Shown here piece by piece: positions 10,413 through 19,858 of a stretch of DNA of 64,000 nucleotides. Source of the DNA: an uncultured Acidobacteriota bacterium (GTDB taxonomy: Bacteria > Acidobacteriota > Thermoanaerobaculia > Multivoradales > UBA5704); assembly GCA_963700145.1 (NCBI GenBank), contig OY969474.1, positions 4,416,001 to 4,480,000 on the forward strand. The letters are read 5' to 3'. Position 1 is the stretch's first letter, and each line of letters starts with the position of its first letter. The translations under genes were made by a program, and so were the position numbers. The notes beneath the pieces were generated by a model. That model was not told where the DNA came from, made no database searches, and saw only the letters and a list, made by a program, of their open reading frames with translations.

Positions 10413-11750
10413 ATGCCCAAGCGCCCACCGCCGCGACCGCAACGCAAGGCCGAGCGCGCGCGGCGGCCCGCCGCACCGCCGCCGCGCCGCCGCGCGCTCC
10501 AGGCCGCCGAGGTCCTGCTCTGGCTCGTCGTGCTGCTGCCGCCCCTCGTGCTGGTGCCGAGCGCGAAGGAGGTCTTCCGCCTCCCCAAGCTGATGCTCGC
10601 GGAGTGGCTGGCTCTGGCCTCCCTCCTGCCGCTCTGCTGGGAGCTGGCGCGGCGGGCGGAGGTGGGTTGGCGGGAGCTCCTGGACCTGCCGGCGCTCCGC
10701 GCCGTCCTCCCCCTCCTGCTCGTCGCCACGCTCGGGCTCGCCTCGACCGACCATCCGCTCCAGGTCCGCCAGGCGCTGCCCGATCTCTGGATCGGCGCCG
10801 CCTGCCTGGTGGGGTGGAGTGCCGGCTTGCCGGCGCGGCGGCTGGAGCGGCCGCTCGCGGGACTCTTGGTGCCCGGGGCCGTGCTGGCCCTGCTCGGCAT
10901 CTTCCAGTTCCACGGCGTCTACCGTCCCTTCGAGCTCCTCGGTGTGGTCGGGTCCGAGCGGCTGGAGGTGACGTCGCTCGCCGGCAACCCGGGAGAGCTC
11001 GGCGCCTTCCTCGTGTTGGCTACTCTCTGCGGCGGCTGGTGGCTCTCCCGCGCCGCGCCCGGGCCGCTGCGCTGGGCCGGGGCGGCGGCCCTCGCCCTCT
11101 GTCTCTACGGCCTGGCGGTGACCCTGACGCTGGCGGCTCTGGGGGCGCTGGCCGCCGCCGGGCTGGTCTTCGCTGCGCTCGCGCTGCCACCGCGGCGCGC
11201 CGCCGTCCTGCTCGGCGGCGGGCTGGTGGCCGCGGCGCTCCTCGCCGTCGCTCTGCCGCCGTTGCGCGTCCGGCTGGCGGAGAAGTCGGCACAGGTGGTG
11301 GCCGGAGACTGGAACGAGCTGCTGACCGGACGGGTGGACGGCTGGCGCGCCGCACTCTGGATGGTCGAACGGCATCCGCTGACCGGCGTCGGCCACGGCG
11401 CGTTCGCCGCCGAGTTCGTGCCGGCGAAGGAGGCGCTGCTGGCGCGCGGGGTGGGCTTCTACGAGCGGGAGCGGCGGGTCTTCGCCAACGCCCACAGCGA
11501 GCCGCTCGAGGTGGCGGCCACGCTCGGGCTCCCCGGCGTCGCGGCGCTCCTCTGGGGGGTCTGGGTGCTGGCGGCGGCGGCGCGGCGGGTCCGCGAGCCC
11601 CGCCTCGACCGCGCCTTCGTCTGGACGGGGTTGGCGGCGCTCGCCATCCTCTCTCTCGCCCACTTCCCCTTCCGCACCGCGCTGGTGGGCTACCCCGCCA
11701 CCCTCTTCTTCGCCTGGGTGCTGCGCCGCTCCGTGGAGGCCGGCGAATGA
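10413..11750 (+). CDS. O-antigen ligase/Wzy_C-family membrane protein (copy 2)
   Basis: Polytopic; SLAGNP, GVGHGAF, NAHSEPLE, HFPF motifs. Confidence 0.87.
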   Translation: MPKRPPPRPQRKAERARRPAAPPPRRRALQAAEVLLWLVVLLPPLVLVPSAKEVFRLPKLMLAEWLALASLLPLCWELARRAEVGWRELLDLPALRAVLPLLLVATLGLASTDHPLQVRQALPDLWIGAACLVGWSAGLPARRLERPLAGLLVPGAVLALLGIFQFHGVYRPFELLGVVGSERLEVTSLAGNPGELGAFLVLATLCGGWWLSRAAPGPLRWAGAAALALCLYGLAVTLTLAALGALAAAGLVFAALALPPRRAAVLLGGGLVAAALLAVALPPLRVRLAEKSAQVVAGDWNELLTGRVDGWRAALWMVERHPLTGVGHGAFAAEFVPAKEALLARGVGFYERERRVFANAHSEPLEVAATLGLPGVAALLWGVWVLAAAARRVREPRLDRAFVWTGLAALAILSLAHFPFRTALVGYPATLFFAWVLRRSVEAGE

Positions 11751-11751
11751 A

Positions 11752-12201
11752 ATGAGAGGCCGCACTCTCGCCGCGCTCCTCGGGCTGGTCCTGCTCTTCG
11801 GCCTCGCCGCTCACACCACGCGGGCGCGCGACCGCCTCCTCGCCAATCGGATCGTGCGCCAGGTGGAGCTGGTGACGATGGCCGCCGTGCGCTCCGGCAA
11901 CCTCTCGCCGCGCCTGGTCGCGATCAACCTCGCGGCGTTGCGGCGGGCGGCGGCGCTGGATCCCGCGGAGGTGGCGATCCCGATGGCGCGCGGCGGCCAA
12001 TTCATCCTTCTCCGGCGGCCTCACGCGGCGATCGAGGCGTACGGCGAGGCGCTGGCCCTCGAGCCCCGGCCCGAGATCTACTTGAACCTCGCGCGGGCCT
12101 ACCGGGCGGCCGGCGACGCGGCACGCGCGCAGCAGGCTCTCGAGCGGATCTCTCGGCTCGATCCCTACCTCGCCGACACGCCCGACCCGTTGCGGCCCTA
12201 G
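11752..12201 (+). CDS. Membrane-anchored TPR protein
   Basis: AIEAYGEALALEP, YLNLARAY...ALERISRLDP; starts 1 nt after the ligase stop. Confidence 0.8.
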   Translation: MRGRTLAALLGLVLLFGLAAHTTRARDRLLANRIVRQVELVTMAAVRSGNLSPRLVAINLAALRRAAALDPAEVAIPMARGGQFILLRRPHAAIEAYGEALALEPRPEIYLNLARAYRAAGDAARAQQALERISRLDPYLADTPDPLRP

Positions 12202-12827
12202 TCCGTCAGCTTCTCTTCCACCGCGTAGCGCACCAGATCGGCGTTGGTCTTCATGTTCATCTTCTCGAGGATGCGCGCGCGGTAGGTGCTGACCGTCTTG
12301 ACCGAGAGGTGGAGCGTCTCGGCGATCTCGCCCACCGTCTGCCCTTGGCCCATGCGCCGCAGGACCTCGAACTCGCGGTTCGAGAGGGTCTCGTGCGGCG
12401 CCTGGCCGAAGCCGGCGCCGAGGCTCTCGGCGAGCCGCTCGGCGAGAGCGGGGCTGACGTACTTGCCGCCGTTGTGGACCTTGCGGATCGCCTCGACGAG
12501 CTGGCCCGGGGCGACGTCTTTGGTCAGATAGCCGTCGGCGCCCCCTTTGAGGCAGCGGACGGCGTAGTGGTCCTCGGGGTGGACGGTGAGCATGAGGACG
12601 CGCAGCCGGGGGTCGCGTGCCTTGAGCTCCTGCGCCGTCTCGAGCCCCCCCTTGCCGGGCATCGACACGTCGAGGAGGACGACCTCCGGCCTGGTCTCGC
12701 GCGCCCGCTCGAGCGCCTCGTGGCCGGTGCCGGCTTCGGCGACGACGGTCAGCCCGTGGGTCTCGACGATCTTCCGGAGGCCCTCGCGGACGATCTGGTG
12801 GTCGTCGGCGATGAGGATCTTGATCAC
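12198..12827 (-). CDS. NarL/LuxR-family response regulator
   Basis: IKILIADDH, LLDVSMP, GYLTK, LSNREFEV...LSVKTVSTYRARI; start re-called at GTG 12827. Confidence 0.93.
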   Translation of the reverse strand: MIKILIADDHQIVREGLRKIVETHGLTVVAEAGTGHEALERARETRPEVVLLDVSMPGKGGLETAQELKARDPRLRVLMLTVHPEDHYAVRCLKGGADGYLTKDVAPGQLVEAIRKVHNGGKYVSPALAERLAESLGAGFGQAPHETLSNREFEVLRRMGQGQTVGEIAETLHLSVKTVSTYRARILEKMNMKTNADLVRYAVEEKLTD

Positions 12828-12915
12828 GTGATCGAGCGTTCCATCAGCTGCGCGAAGCTTAGCCCAACCCTGGCCTGGCGCTTGGACCGGCGTGAAAAAG
12901 GCTTGCACGGGGTCG

Positions 12916-12942
12916 GGGAAAGCCGGGAAAGCCGGGAAAGCC
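12916..12942. repeat. Perfect 9-bp tandem repeat GGGAAAGCC x3
   Basis: Units at 12916, 12925 and 12934, between the SARP gene and the response regulator. Confidence 0.85.
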
Positions 12943-12963
12943 GACATGGCAGTTTTCTCGAAC

Positions 12964-13842
12964 CTACCGAGCCGCCGCGCTGGACGTGCGATAGCCGCGC
13001 GCGCCAAGCTCCTCGCGAACGATCACCGGCGCCGGCGACTCCTCGGCGAGGATGCGACGGTAGAGCTGCGTCGTCTCGGGCATCGGCGGGACGTCGAGCT
13101 CCGCCGCCAGGAGGCGCCGCAGCGACTCGTAGACCGCGACCGCTCGGCCGCGGCGTCCGGACAGCGCGTACAGGCGCATGAGCTGGCGATGAGGCTCTTC
13201 CGCCAGCGGCTCCATCGCCTGCAGCCGGCGGGCGTAATCGATCCCCGCGCCGTAGCCGCCGTGGCGCAGATGGTGCTCGACGAGGTCGGTGAGCGCCGCC
13301 ACCGCCGCCTCGCGCCAGCGCTCCTGCTCGGCCAGCAGCCACGCCTCGAAGTCGGTGCCGCCGGGGAACCAGAAACCGGCCAGGAAGTCGCCGCCGTAGA
13401 CCTCGACGGCCCGGGCCAGCGCGCCCGGGTCGATCCCGTCCCGGAGATCGCGAGCGCGGCGCAGCGCGCCGGTGAAGATCGTGAGATCGATCCAGGCGCC
13501 GGGCGGGGGAGTGAATGCCAGGCTGTCGTGGCGTGTCGTGAGCGGCGACTGGTTGCCGGCCGGCGGCGTCAGGGTCTGGCGGAGGTTGTAGAAGGCCTGG
13601 CGCAGGTTGTGCCGCGAGGTCGCGGCGTCGGCCTCCGGCCAGAGCAGGGCGCCGAGGCTTTCGCGCGGCAGCGCGCGATCCGGATGGCAGACGAGATAGG
13701 CGAGGAGCGCCCTTGTGCGCCGCGACTCGAAGCACAGCGGCGGCCGCCCGCGGTAGCCTACCTCGAAGCTGCCGAGGAGCCGGACCTCCAGCCGCGCGGC
13801 GCTCTCCCGATCCCGACGCTGGACCGCGGCGCGCCCGTTCAT
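12964..13842 (-). CDS. SARP/AfsR-family transcriptional activator (winged HTH + BTAD)
   Basis: LEVRLLGSF, ALLAYL...RESLGALLWP, YGGDFLAG, EPLAEEPHRQLMRLY, LAAELDVPP. Start ATG 13842 (13875 possible). Confidence 0.9.
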   Translation of the reverse strand: MNGRAAVQRRDRESAARLEVRLLGSFEVGYRGRPPLCFESRRTRALLAYLVCHPDRALPRESLGALLWPEADAATSRHNLRQAFYNLRQTLTPPAGNQSPLTTRHDSLAFTPPPGAWIDLTIFTGALRRARDLRDGIDPGALARAVEVYGGDFLAGFWFPGGTDFEAWLLAEQERWREAAVAALTDLVEHHLRHGGYGAGIDYARRLQAMEPLAEEPHRQLMRLYALSGRRGRAVAVYESLRRLLAAELDVPPMPETTQLYRRILAEESPAPVIVREELGARGYRTSSAAAR

Positions 13843-13987
13843 CGCTTTCCCCGCCGCCTTCCCTGCCGTTCCCATGTAGGCAGACTAGACACCGCGGCGG
13901 CGGGGCTCTGCCGGCCGGACGCTTCACCTCGTGTCGGCCTCCCGCGAGGACGCGCTGTCGGCGCCCGTCCTACGGCGCGTCGGACAT

Positions 13988-14004
13988 CTGACGGCGTCCT
14001 GACG
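13988..14004. promoter_or_regulatory. Candidate SARP operator: CTGACG direct repeat at 11-bp spacing
   Basis: CTGACG at 13988 and 13999 in the divergent SARP/C25 intergenic region. SARPs bind short direct repeats one helical turn apart. Confidence 0.45.
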
Positions 14005-14024
14005 CCGGTATGCCACGATGCGCT

Positions 14025-14066
14025 CACGAAACGGCCAGAGGTGCCCACGAAACGGCCAGAGGTGCC
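14025..14066. repeat. Perfect 21-bp tandem duplication CACGAAACGGCCAGAGGTGCC x2
   Basis: Copies at 14025-14045 and 14046-14066, upstream of the C25 gene. Confidence 0.9.
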
Positions 14067-14133
14067 AATGCTCGACGCGGGATGTGAAGTGTGCGAGAAT
14101 TCACCCTCAACAGCCGGGAAGGGATGACGTGCA

Positions 14134-17100
14134 ATGAATACTCATAAGTCTATTCTTGTCGGAGTTTGCGCGTTGGCACTGTGGGCGCTCGCCGCGCCGG
14201 TGCAGGCAGTGATCCAGTGCAGCTCGCCGACCCAGTGCTGCCTCGACGACCTCAACGACGCGGGCGCGGTGTGCACGGCCAACGACGTGACGTTCGTCCT
14301 CGTCGGTCTCGGCACCCAAAACGACGGCTGCACCGACACCAGCGACACGGTGAGCATCTTCCTGGGTGCGATCGTCAAGAACACCACCGCCGGCACGCGC
14401 TACGACATCGGTATGTGGATCTCCACCGACGGCGATCCCAACGGCGACGGGGCGCTCACCGGTCAGTGCGCCCGCGAGATGCTCACTCCCGCTTCGCCGA
14501 CGACTTACGTCGACAACGGCATCGCGCCCACCTGCCTGGGGAGCGACGGGAACCTCCTGGACCTCGGGCGCGCGATCGCCGGTCCGAACGGCACGGAGGC
14601 CAACGGCTACTACCTCACGGCGGAGAGCGCCGGCGTCCAGGACGCCTGCGGCGACCTCGCCAAGGGGAGCTCGACCGGCTGCGACACCAACGGTGATGGG
14701 ATTTGGGACGACTCCGTCATGAACTTCACCACGGCGGTCACCGTCCCCTGCGACGACATCGACAACAGCGGTGGGGGTACCTCCGGCGACGGCTTCGTCA
14801 ACCTCCCGACCTGCGCCTCCTGGGGGCAACAGGAAGACGAGGTCGACGACGACGGCGATGACCTGTGCGAGTCGGCGAACGAGATCGAGAACGGCACCCC
14901 CTCCAAGTGCAACTGTGAGGACTCCAACTCGACGATCCCGGTCCCGCGCCTGGCCTGCAACGTCCCCCAGACGGTTTGCAGCCCGGCCAGTATCCAGGTC
15001 GGTCAGTCGACGACCTGCACGGTACGGATGCAGAACAATTCGACCTGCACCCCGGTGATCGTCACTACACCCTCGAACGAGCGCGAGCGCTGCGGCACGG
15101 GGAGCTTCGTCCGCTTCCGCACCGACTTCCCGGAGGCGCTCGGCACGGTCTCGAACGTGTTGATCAATGGTGTCGCGCCGACCGTCCCCGGCGACGGCGT
15201 CGTGACCACCGGCGACGACCACATCCTGTGGACTCCCCGCAGCGGCCCGATCTACTCCGAAAACTCGGCCGGCGTCATGGGCCCGGGCGACGTCGAGACC
15301 CTGACCTACACTTTCACCGCCACCGCGCCGTCGACCGGGACAACCACAATGTCGACGCAGGGCTGGTGGTCCAACAACTCCCTGTTCACCCCGGAGGTGG
15401 CGCAGGCCGCGCTCACCTGCAGCGCGCTGCTGACCACCCCGGTGACCGTGGCCTCCTTCCGCGCCGACCGCACGGGCGGCGTCACCAACTTCGAGTGGAC
15501 GACCGCCACCGAGGTCGGCAACGTCGGCTTCAACCTGCTGGCGCAGACGGCGAAGGGCTGGGAGCGGATCAACCGCGAGCCGATCGCCTCCAAGGTCGTC
15601 GACTCGACACTGCCGCAGAGCTACCGCTACGAGGCCTCCGGTCTCAAGGCCACGGCCTTCCGGCTGGAGGAGATCGACCTCGCGGGCACCGTCGTACCGC
15701 GCGGCGAGTTCACGCTCGGCCAGCCGTACGGCGTGCGGCCGCGGCCGCAGGCGATCGACTGGCAGACGCCGGCGGTACAGGGCGGCAAGAAGTTCGCCGC
15801 GGCGGCCGCCAAGGGCGGCGGCAGCGTCGGCGGCGCCGTCGACAGCGTGAACCTGCTGGTCGGCCAGACCGGAATCCAGCGCGTCAGCTACGAAGCGCTG
15901 GCCGGCGCCGGCCTCGACCTCGCCAGCGTCAACGCCAACCACATCGCGCTGCTCAACCGCGGCGCGGCAGTGCCGCTGCGCCTGGCCGCGCCGGCCGGAA
16001 ACGGCAAGAAGCCCTCCTCCTTCGGTCCCGGGGGCCACGTCGAGTTCTGGGGCGAGGCCCTCGACACCCTGTACACCGGCACCAACGTCTACACCCTGCG
16101 GCGCGAGCCCAGCAGCTCGCGCTCCATCGGCACCGATGCCCGCACGCCGAGCGGCACGCCGCCCGCCTTCTACATGGAGACGACGCGGGTCGAGCGCAAC
16201 GCGCAGTACAGCTTCGGCTCGCCGATCGCCGACCCCTGGTACGACACGCGGATGCTCGCCTTCTCGGCGCCCGCCAGCTTCTCCTTCACGGTCAACGCCG
16301 ACGACTACGTCGCCGGCGCGGCGCCGGCGACCCTGACGGTCGAGCTGTGGGGCTCGTCGGTGTGGCCGGCCGCTCCCGATCACCACTTGCGCGTGGCGCT
16401 CAACGGCGTCCAGGTGGCCGACGCCACCTTCGACGGGCGCGCGGCGCACACCGTCACCGTGCCGGTGCCGGCGGGCGTCCTCCAGGCCGGGGCCAACAGC
16501 TTGACGCTGACGGTGCCGGGCGACCTCGGCACCCAGTTCGACCTGCAGAGCCTTGAGAGCTACTCGCTGAGCTATCCACGGGCCTTCGCGGCCCGCGGCG
16601 GCCGGCTGGAGTTCACTTCCGCCGGTCCCGCCTTCCGCGTGACCGGGCTGGGCAGCTCCGCGGTCGTGGCCTACCGCCTCGACGCCGGCGGGCCGGTGCA
16701 GCTCACCGGCGTGCAGGTGCAGGCGAGCGGCGGCGGCTACGCGGCCACCTTCCCCGGCGGCGCCGCGGCGGCCCGTTACGCCGTCGCCGATGCCTCGGGA
16801 GTCTCCGCCCCGGGCCTGCAGGCGGGCCGCCCGCAGACCGACATCACGAGCGGCAACGCCGACTACCTCGTCATTGCCCACCCGTCCTTCACTGGCGGGT
16901 TGGGATCGCTGGTCAACCTGCACCAGTCGGCGGGGCGCTCGGTCAAGGTGGTGAACGTCGAGGACGTCTACGCGCAGTTCGGGCACGGCATCTTCGACCC
17001 GCAGCCGATCCGCGACTACATCGCCCACGCGGTGAACCGGATGGGCACCGAATACGTGCTGCTGGTCGGCGGCGACAGCTACGACTACCGCAACTACCTG

Positions 17101-17898
17101 GGCGCCGGCTCGGTCAGCTTCCTGCCGACGCTCTACGTCGCCACCGGCAACCAGATCTTCTTCGCGCCGGCCGACCCGCTGTTGGCTGACGCCGACGGCG
17201 ACCGGGTGCCGGACGTGGCCATCGGACGGTTCCCGGTGCGGACGGCGGCGGAGCTGGACGCGATGATCGCCAAGACCTGGGACTACGCCGGCAAGGACTA
17301 CAACGGTACGGCAATCATGGCGGCGGACCTCTTCGACCAGCGCGCCAAGATGTCGTTCAAGTTCCACAGCGACCAGATCCTGGAGAAGCTCGGCGGCGAC
17401 TGGACGGCGCAGAAGGCCTACCTCGACGACATCAGCCTGGCCGACGCCCGGTCGCGGCTGCTGGCCTCGCTCAACCAGGGGACGGCGCTGACTTCCTACG
17501 TCGGGCACTCCGGGCCGACGGCGTGGACCTTCTCGGGCCTCTTCTCGAGCGGCGACGCGACCGGTCTGAACAACGCGGGCCGGCCGACGGTCGTCGTGCA
17601 GTGGGGGTGCTGGAACGCCTACCACGTCGAGCCGCTCTACAACACCTTGGGGCACAGCTTCCTGCTCTTCGGCGACCGCGGCGCGGCGGCGGTCCTGGGC
17701 TCGGCGACCCTGATGGAGACGGCGTCGGCGCAGCGCCTCAGCGACAAGCTGGCGCCGCTGATCGGTGCCCCGGGCCGGAGCCTCGGCAGTGCGGTGACGG
17801 CGGCCAAGCAGGAGCTGGCGCGCGAAGCGCCGGAGCTGGCCGACGCGATTCTCGGTTGGACGATCCTCGGCGACCCGGCGCTGGTGATCGAGCCGTAA
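14134..17898 (+). CDS. Secreted C25-family (gingipain/PorU-like) cysteine peptidase with a Cys-rich N-terminal region
   Basis: Signal peptide; ADYLVIAH, VEDVYAQFGHG, YVLLVGGD, PDVAIGRFPV, YVGHS (His), QWGCWN (Cys), WTILGDPAL; 20 Cys in the mature N-terminal ~430 aa. Confidence 0.88.
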   Translation: MNTHKSILVGVCALALWALAAPVQAVIQCSSPTQCCLDDLNDAGAVCTANDVTFVLVGLGTQNDGCTDTSDTVSIFLGAIVKNTTAGTRYDIGMWISTDGDPNGDGALTGQCAREMLTPASPTTYVDNGIAPTCLGSDGNLLDLGRAIAGPNGTEANGYYLTAESAGVQDACGDLAKGSSTGCDTNGDGIWDDSVMNFTTAVTVPCDDIDNSGGGTSGDGFVNLPTCASWGQQEDEVDDDGDDLCESANEIENGTPSKCNCEDSNSTIPVPRLACNVPQTVCSPASIQVGQSTTCTVRMQNNSTCTPVIVTTPSNERERCGTGSFVRFRTDFPEALGTVSNVLINGVAPTVPGDGVVTTGDDHILWTPRSGPIYSENSAGVMGPGDVETLTYTFTATAPSTGTTTMSTQGWWSNNSLFTPEVAQAALTCSALLTTPVTVASFRADRTGGVTNFEWTTATEVGNVGFNLLAQTAKGWERINREPIASKVVDSTLPQSYRYEASGLKATAFRLEEIDLAGTVVPRGEFTLGQPYGVRPRPQAIDWQTPAVQGGKKFAAAAAKGGGSVGGAVDSVNLLVGQTGIQRVSYEALAGAGLDLASVNANHIALLNRGAAVPLRLAAPAGNGKKPSSFGPGGHVEFWGEALDTLYTGTNVYTLRREPSSSRSIGTDARTPSGTPPAFYMETTRVERNAQYSFGSPIADPWYDTRMLAFSAPASFSFTVNADDYVAGAAPATLTVELWGSSVWPAAPDHHLRVALNGVQVADATFDGRAAHTVTVPVPAGVLQAGANSLTLTVPGDLGTQFDLQSLESYSLSYPRAFAARGGRLEFTSAGPAFRVTGLGSSAVVAYRLDAGGPVQLTGVQVQASGGGYAATFPGGAAAARYAVADASGVSAPGLQAGRPQTDITSGNADYLVIAHPSFTGGLGSLVNLHQSAGRSVKVVNVEDVYAQFGHGIFDPQPIRDYIAHAVNRMGTEYVLLVGGDSYDYRNYLGAGSVSFLPTLYVATGNQIFFAPADPLLADADGDRVPDVAIGRFPVRTAAELDAMIAKTWDYAGKDYNGTAIMAADLFDQRAKMSFKFHSDQILEKLGGDWTAQKAYLDDISLADARSRLLASLNQGTALTSYVGHSGPTAWTFSGLFSSGDATGLNNAGRPTVVVQWGCWNAYHVEPLYNTLGHSFLLFGDRGAAAVLGSATLMETASAQRLSDKLAPLIGAPGRSLGSAVTAAKQELAREAPELADAILGWTILGDPALVIEP

Positions 17899-17934
17899 CC
17901 TTCAAGGGCACGGCGCTTCCTATGACGTCCTGCG

Positions 17935-17971
17935 ACGCCCGACGGCCCGGTCCGTCGGGCGTTTTCATTTT
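17935..17971 (+). terminator. Intrinsic terminator after the C25 gene
   Basis: Stem ACGCCCGACGG/CCGTCGGGCGT, 6-nt loop, followed by TTTCATTTT. Confidence 0.7.
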
Positions 17972-17974
17972 CAT

Positions 17975-19858
17975 ATGTCCGGCCTGCTGCTGATCCATCA
18001 CCGCGACGGGCGGCCGGTCGAACGGCCGCTCGCGGCGCGGCTCCTGGCGGCCCTCGACCACCGCGGCCCGGACAGCCGCGACATCTGCTGGGTCTCCGGC
18101 GCCGCCCTCGGCCACCAGCATTTCTGGACCACCCCCGAGGAGATCGGCGAGCGCCAGCCGCTCGGCGACGCGGCACGCGGCGTCCACCTGGCGCTCGACG
18201 GCCGGCTCGACAACCGCGAGGAGCTGATCGCGGCCCTGCCGGACGATCCCGGCACGGAGCTCTCCGACGCCGCGCTCGTGCTGCGCGCCTATCTCACCTG
18301 GGGCGAGGAGCTCTTCACCCGCCTGCTCGGGCCGCTCGCCGTCGTCGTGCTCGACCTCCAGCGGCGGCGGGTGGTCTGCGGCCGCGACGCCCTCGGCGAC
18401 CGCACGCTCTTCTATTACCTCGACCGGCAGGTGCTCGCCGTGGCCTCCGAAGCGCACGCGCTGCTCGGCCATCCGAGCGTGTCGTCGCGGCTCGACGAGG
18501 CGACCGTGGCGCGCTTCTACGCTCTCCGGGCGCCGGCCCACGGCGCTTCGTTCTTCGCCGACGTGCACGAGCTGCCGCCGGCCCACGGCCTCTCCGTCGG
18601 CCCCGAAGGCGCCCGGCAGTGGCGCCATTGGAGCCCGCGCGTCGAGGCGTCGCCGCACCGCCGGAGCGACGCCGACCACGTCGCGGAGTTCCGCGCGGTG
18701 CTGCGCGAGAGCGTGCGCTGCCGGCTGCGTGCCGACGGGCCCTCTGCGGTGCTGATGAGCGGCGGCCTCGACTCGACCTCGGTCGCGGCGCTCGCCGCGC
18801 GCGAGACGGCCGACGCGGACCCGAGACGGCGGCCCCTCGCGGTCTCCTGGGTCTTCAACGAGCTGACGTCGATCGACGAGCGCTCCTACATGGATCCGGT
18901 GGTCGAGGCGGCCGGCCTCGCAACCCTGCGCTTCGCCGGCGACGACGCCTGGCCGCTCGCCGATCCCGAGACCTGGCCGCACCACCCCGACGCGCCGCTC
19001 GAAGGGCTGTTTCGCCGCTTGCGCCAGCGCGCCTACGCCGCCGCGGCCGGCGCGGGCCGCCGGGTGCTGCTCACCGGGGAGTACGGCGACAACCTCTACA
19101 CCGGCCACGTCGACTGGCTGAGCGACTTGGTCCGCGAGGGCCGCTGGCTGGCCGCCGGGCGTGGTCTCCTCTCGGGTCTGCGGCCGGAGAACCGGCGGGC
19201 GCCCGGCGCGACGGTCGGCGACGCAGTCGTCCGTGCCCTGGGCGGGCGGCGGTACGAGCCGCAGGCACCCGACTGGCTGACGGTCGAGGCCCTCGCTCAT
19301 CTCGATGGCGAGGACGAGTCCGCCCCGCTCGGCCTCACCGCCGGGCGCCGCGAGCGCTGGGACGCCCTGCTCGACGGCCGCAGCTCGCAGGCCGTCGCAC
19401 TCGAGACTGCCAACGCCGCCCGCGCCGGCATCGAGCTGCGCCGTCCGTACCGCGACCGCCGCCTGGTCGAGCTCTGTCTGGGGCTCCCGGCGCACCTCGT
19501 CTTCCGCCCGGGCTGGTTGAAATGGATCTTGCGGCAGGCCATGGCGGGGATCCTTCCCGAGGCGGTCCGCCGGCGCCGCCACGGCAGCTCGCTCTTCCCG
19601 CTCTGCCGCCGCGGGCTCGTCGAGCGCGAGGCGGCGACGGCGGACGCGCTGCTGCAATCGCCCATAGCGATATGGCCGCGATACGTCCGCGCCGATTGGC
19701 TGGCGGCGGCCTATCCCCGCGCTCTCGCCGAGCAGCGCCAAGGCGTCGCGGCTGTGATAGCGTGGCGCTGTATCTGCATGGAGTTGTGGAGCCAACGCCG
19801 TCGCGGCGAGGCGTTCGTCGCCTCTGCCGTGCCGGCGGAACTTTTCATGGTGGGATGA
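17975..19858 (+). CDS. Lasso peptide cyclase (asparagine-synthetase-like, C protein)
   Basis: AsnB fold with N-terminus MSG (no catalytic Cys); SGGLDS PP-loop, LLTGEYGD, RRPYRDRRLVE; adjacent to precursor, RRE and B2. Confidence 0.88.
   Translation: MSGLLLIHHRDGRPVERPLAARLLAALDHRGPDSRDICWVSGAALGHQHFWTTPEEIGERQPLGDAARGVHLALDGRLDNREELIAALPDDPGTELSDAALVLRAYLTWGEELFTRLLGPLAVVVLDLQRRRVVCGRDALGDRTLFYYLDRQVLAVASEAHALLGHPSVSSRLDEATVARFYALRAPAHGASFFADVHELPPAHGLSVGPEGARQWRHWSPRVEASPHRRSDADHVAEFRAVLRESVRCRLRADGPSAVLMSGGLDSTSVAALAARETADADPRRRPLAVSWVFNELTSIDERSYMDPVVEAAGLATLRFAGDDAWPLADPETWPHHPDAPLEGLFRRLRQRAYAAAAGAGRRVLLTGEYGDNLYTGHVDWLSDLVREGRWLAAGRGLLSGLRPENRRAPGATVGDAVVRALGGRRYEPQAPDWLTVEALAHLDGEDESAPLGLTAGRRERWDALLDGRSSQAVALETANAARAGIELRRPYRDRRLVELCLGLPAHLVFRPGWLKWILRQAMAGILPEAVRRRRHGSSLFPLCRRGLVEREAATADALLQSPIAIWPRYVRADWLAAAYPRALAEQRQGVAAVIAWRCICMELWSQRRRGEAFVASAVPAELFMVG

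Noticed and set aside
17975-19858. Ordinary asparagine synthetase (asnB)
   Set aside because: It lacks the N-terminal catalytic Cys (MSG) and is coupled to a precursor, RRE and B2, so a lasso cyclase call fits better.
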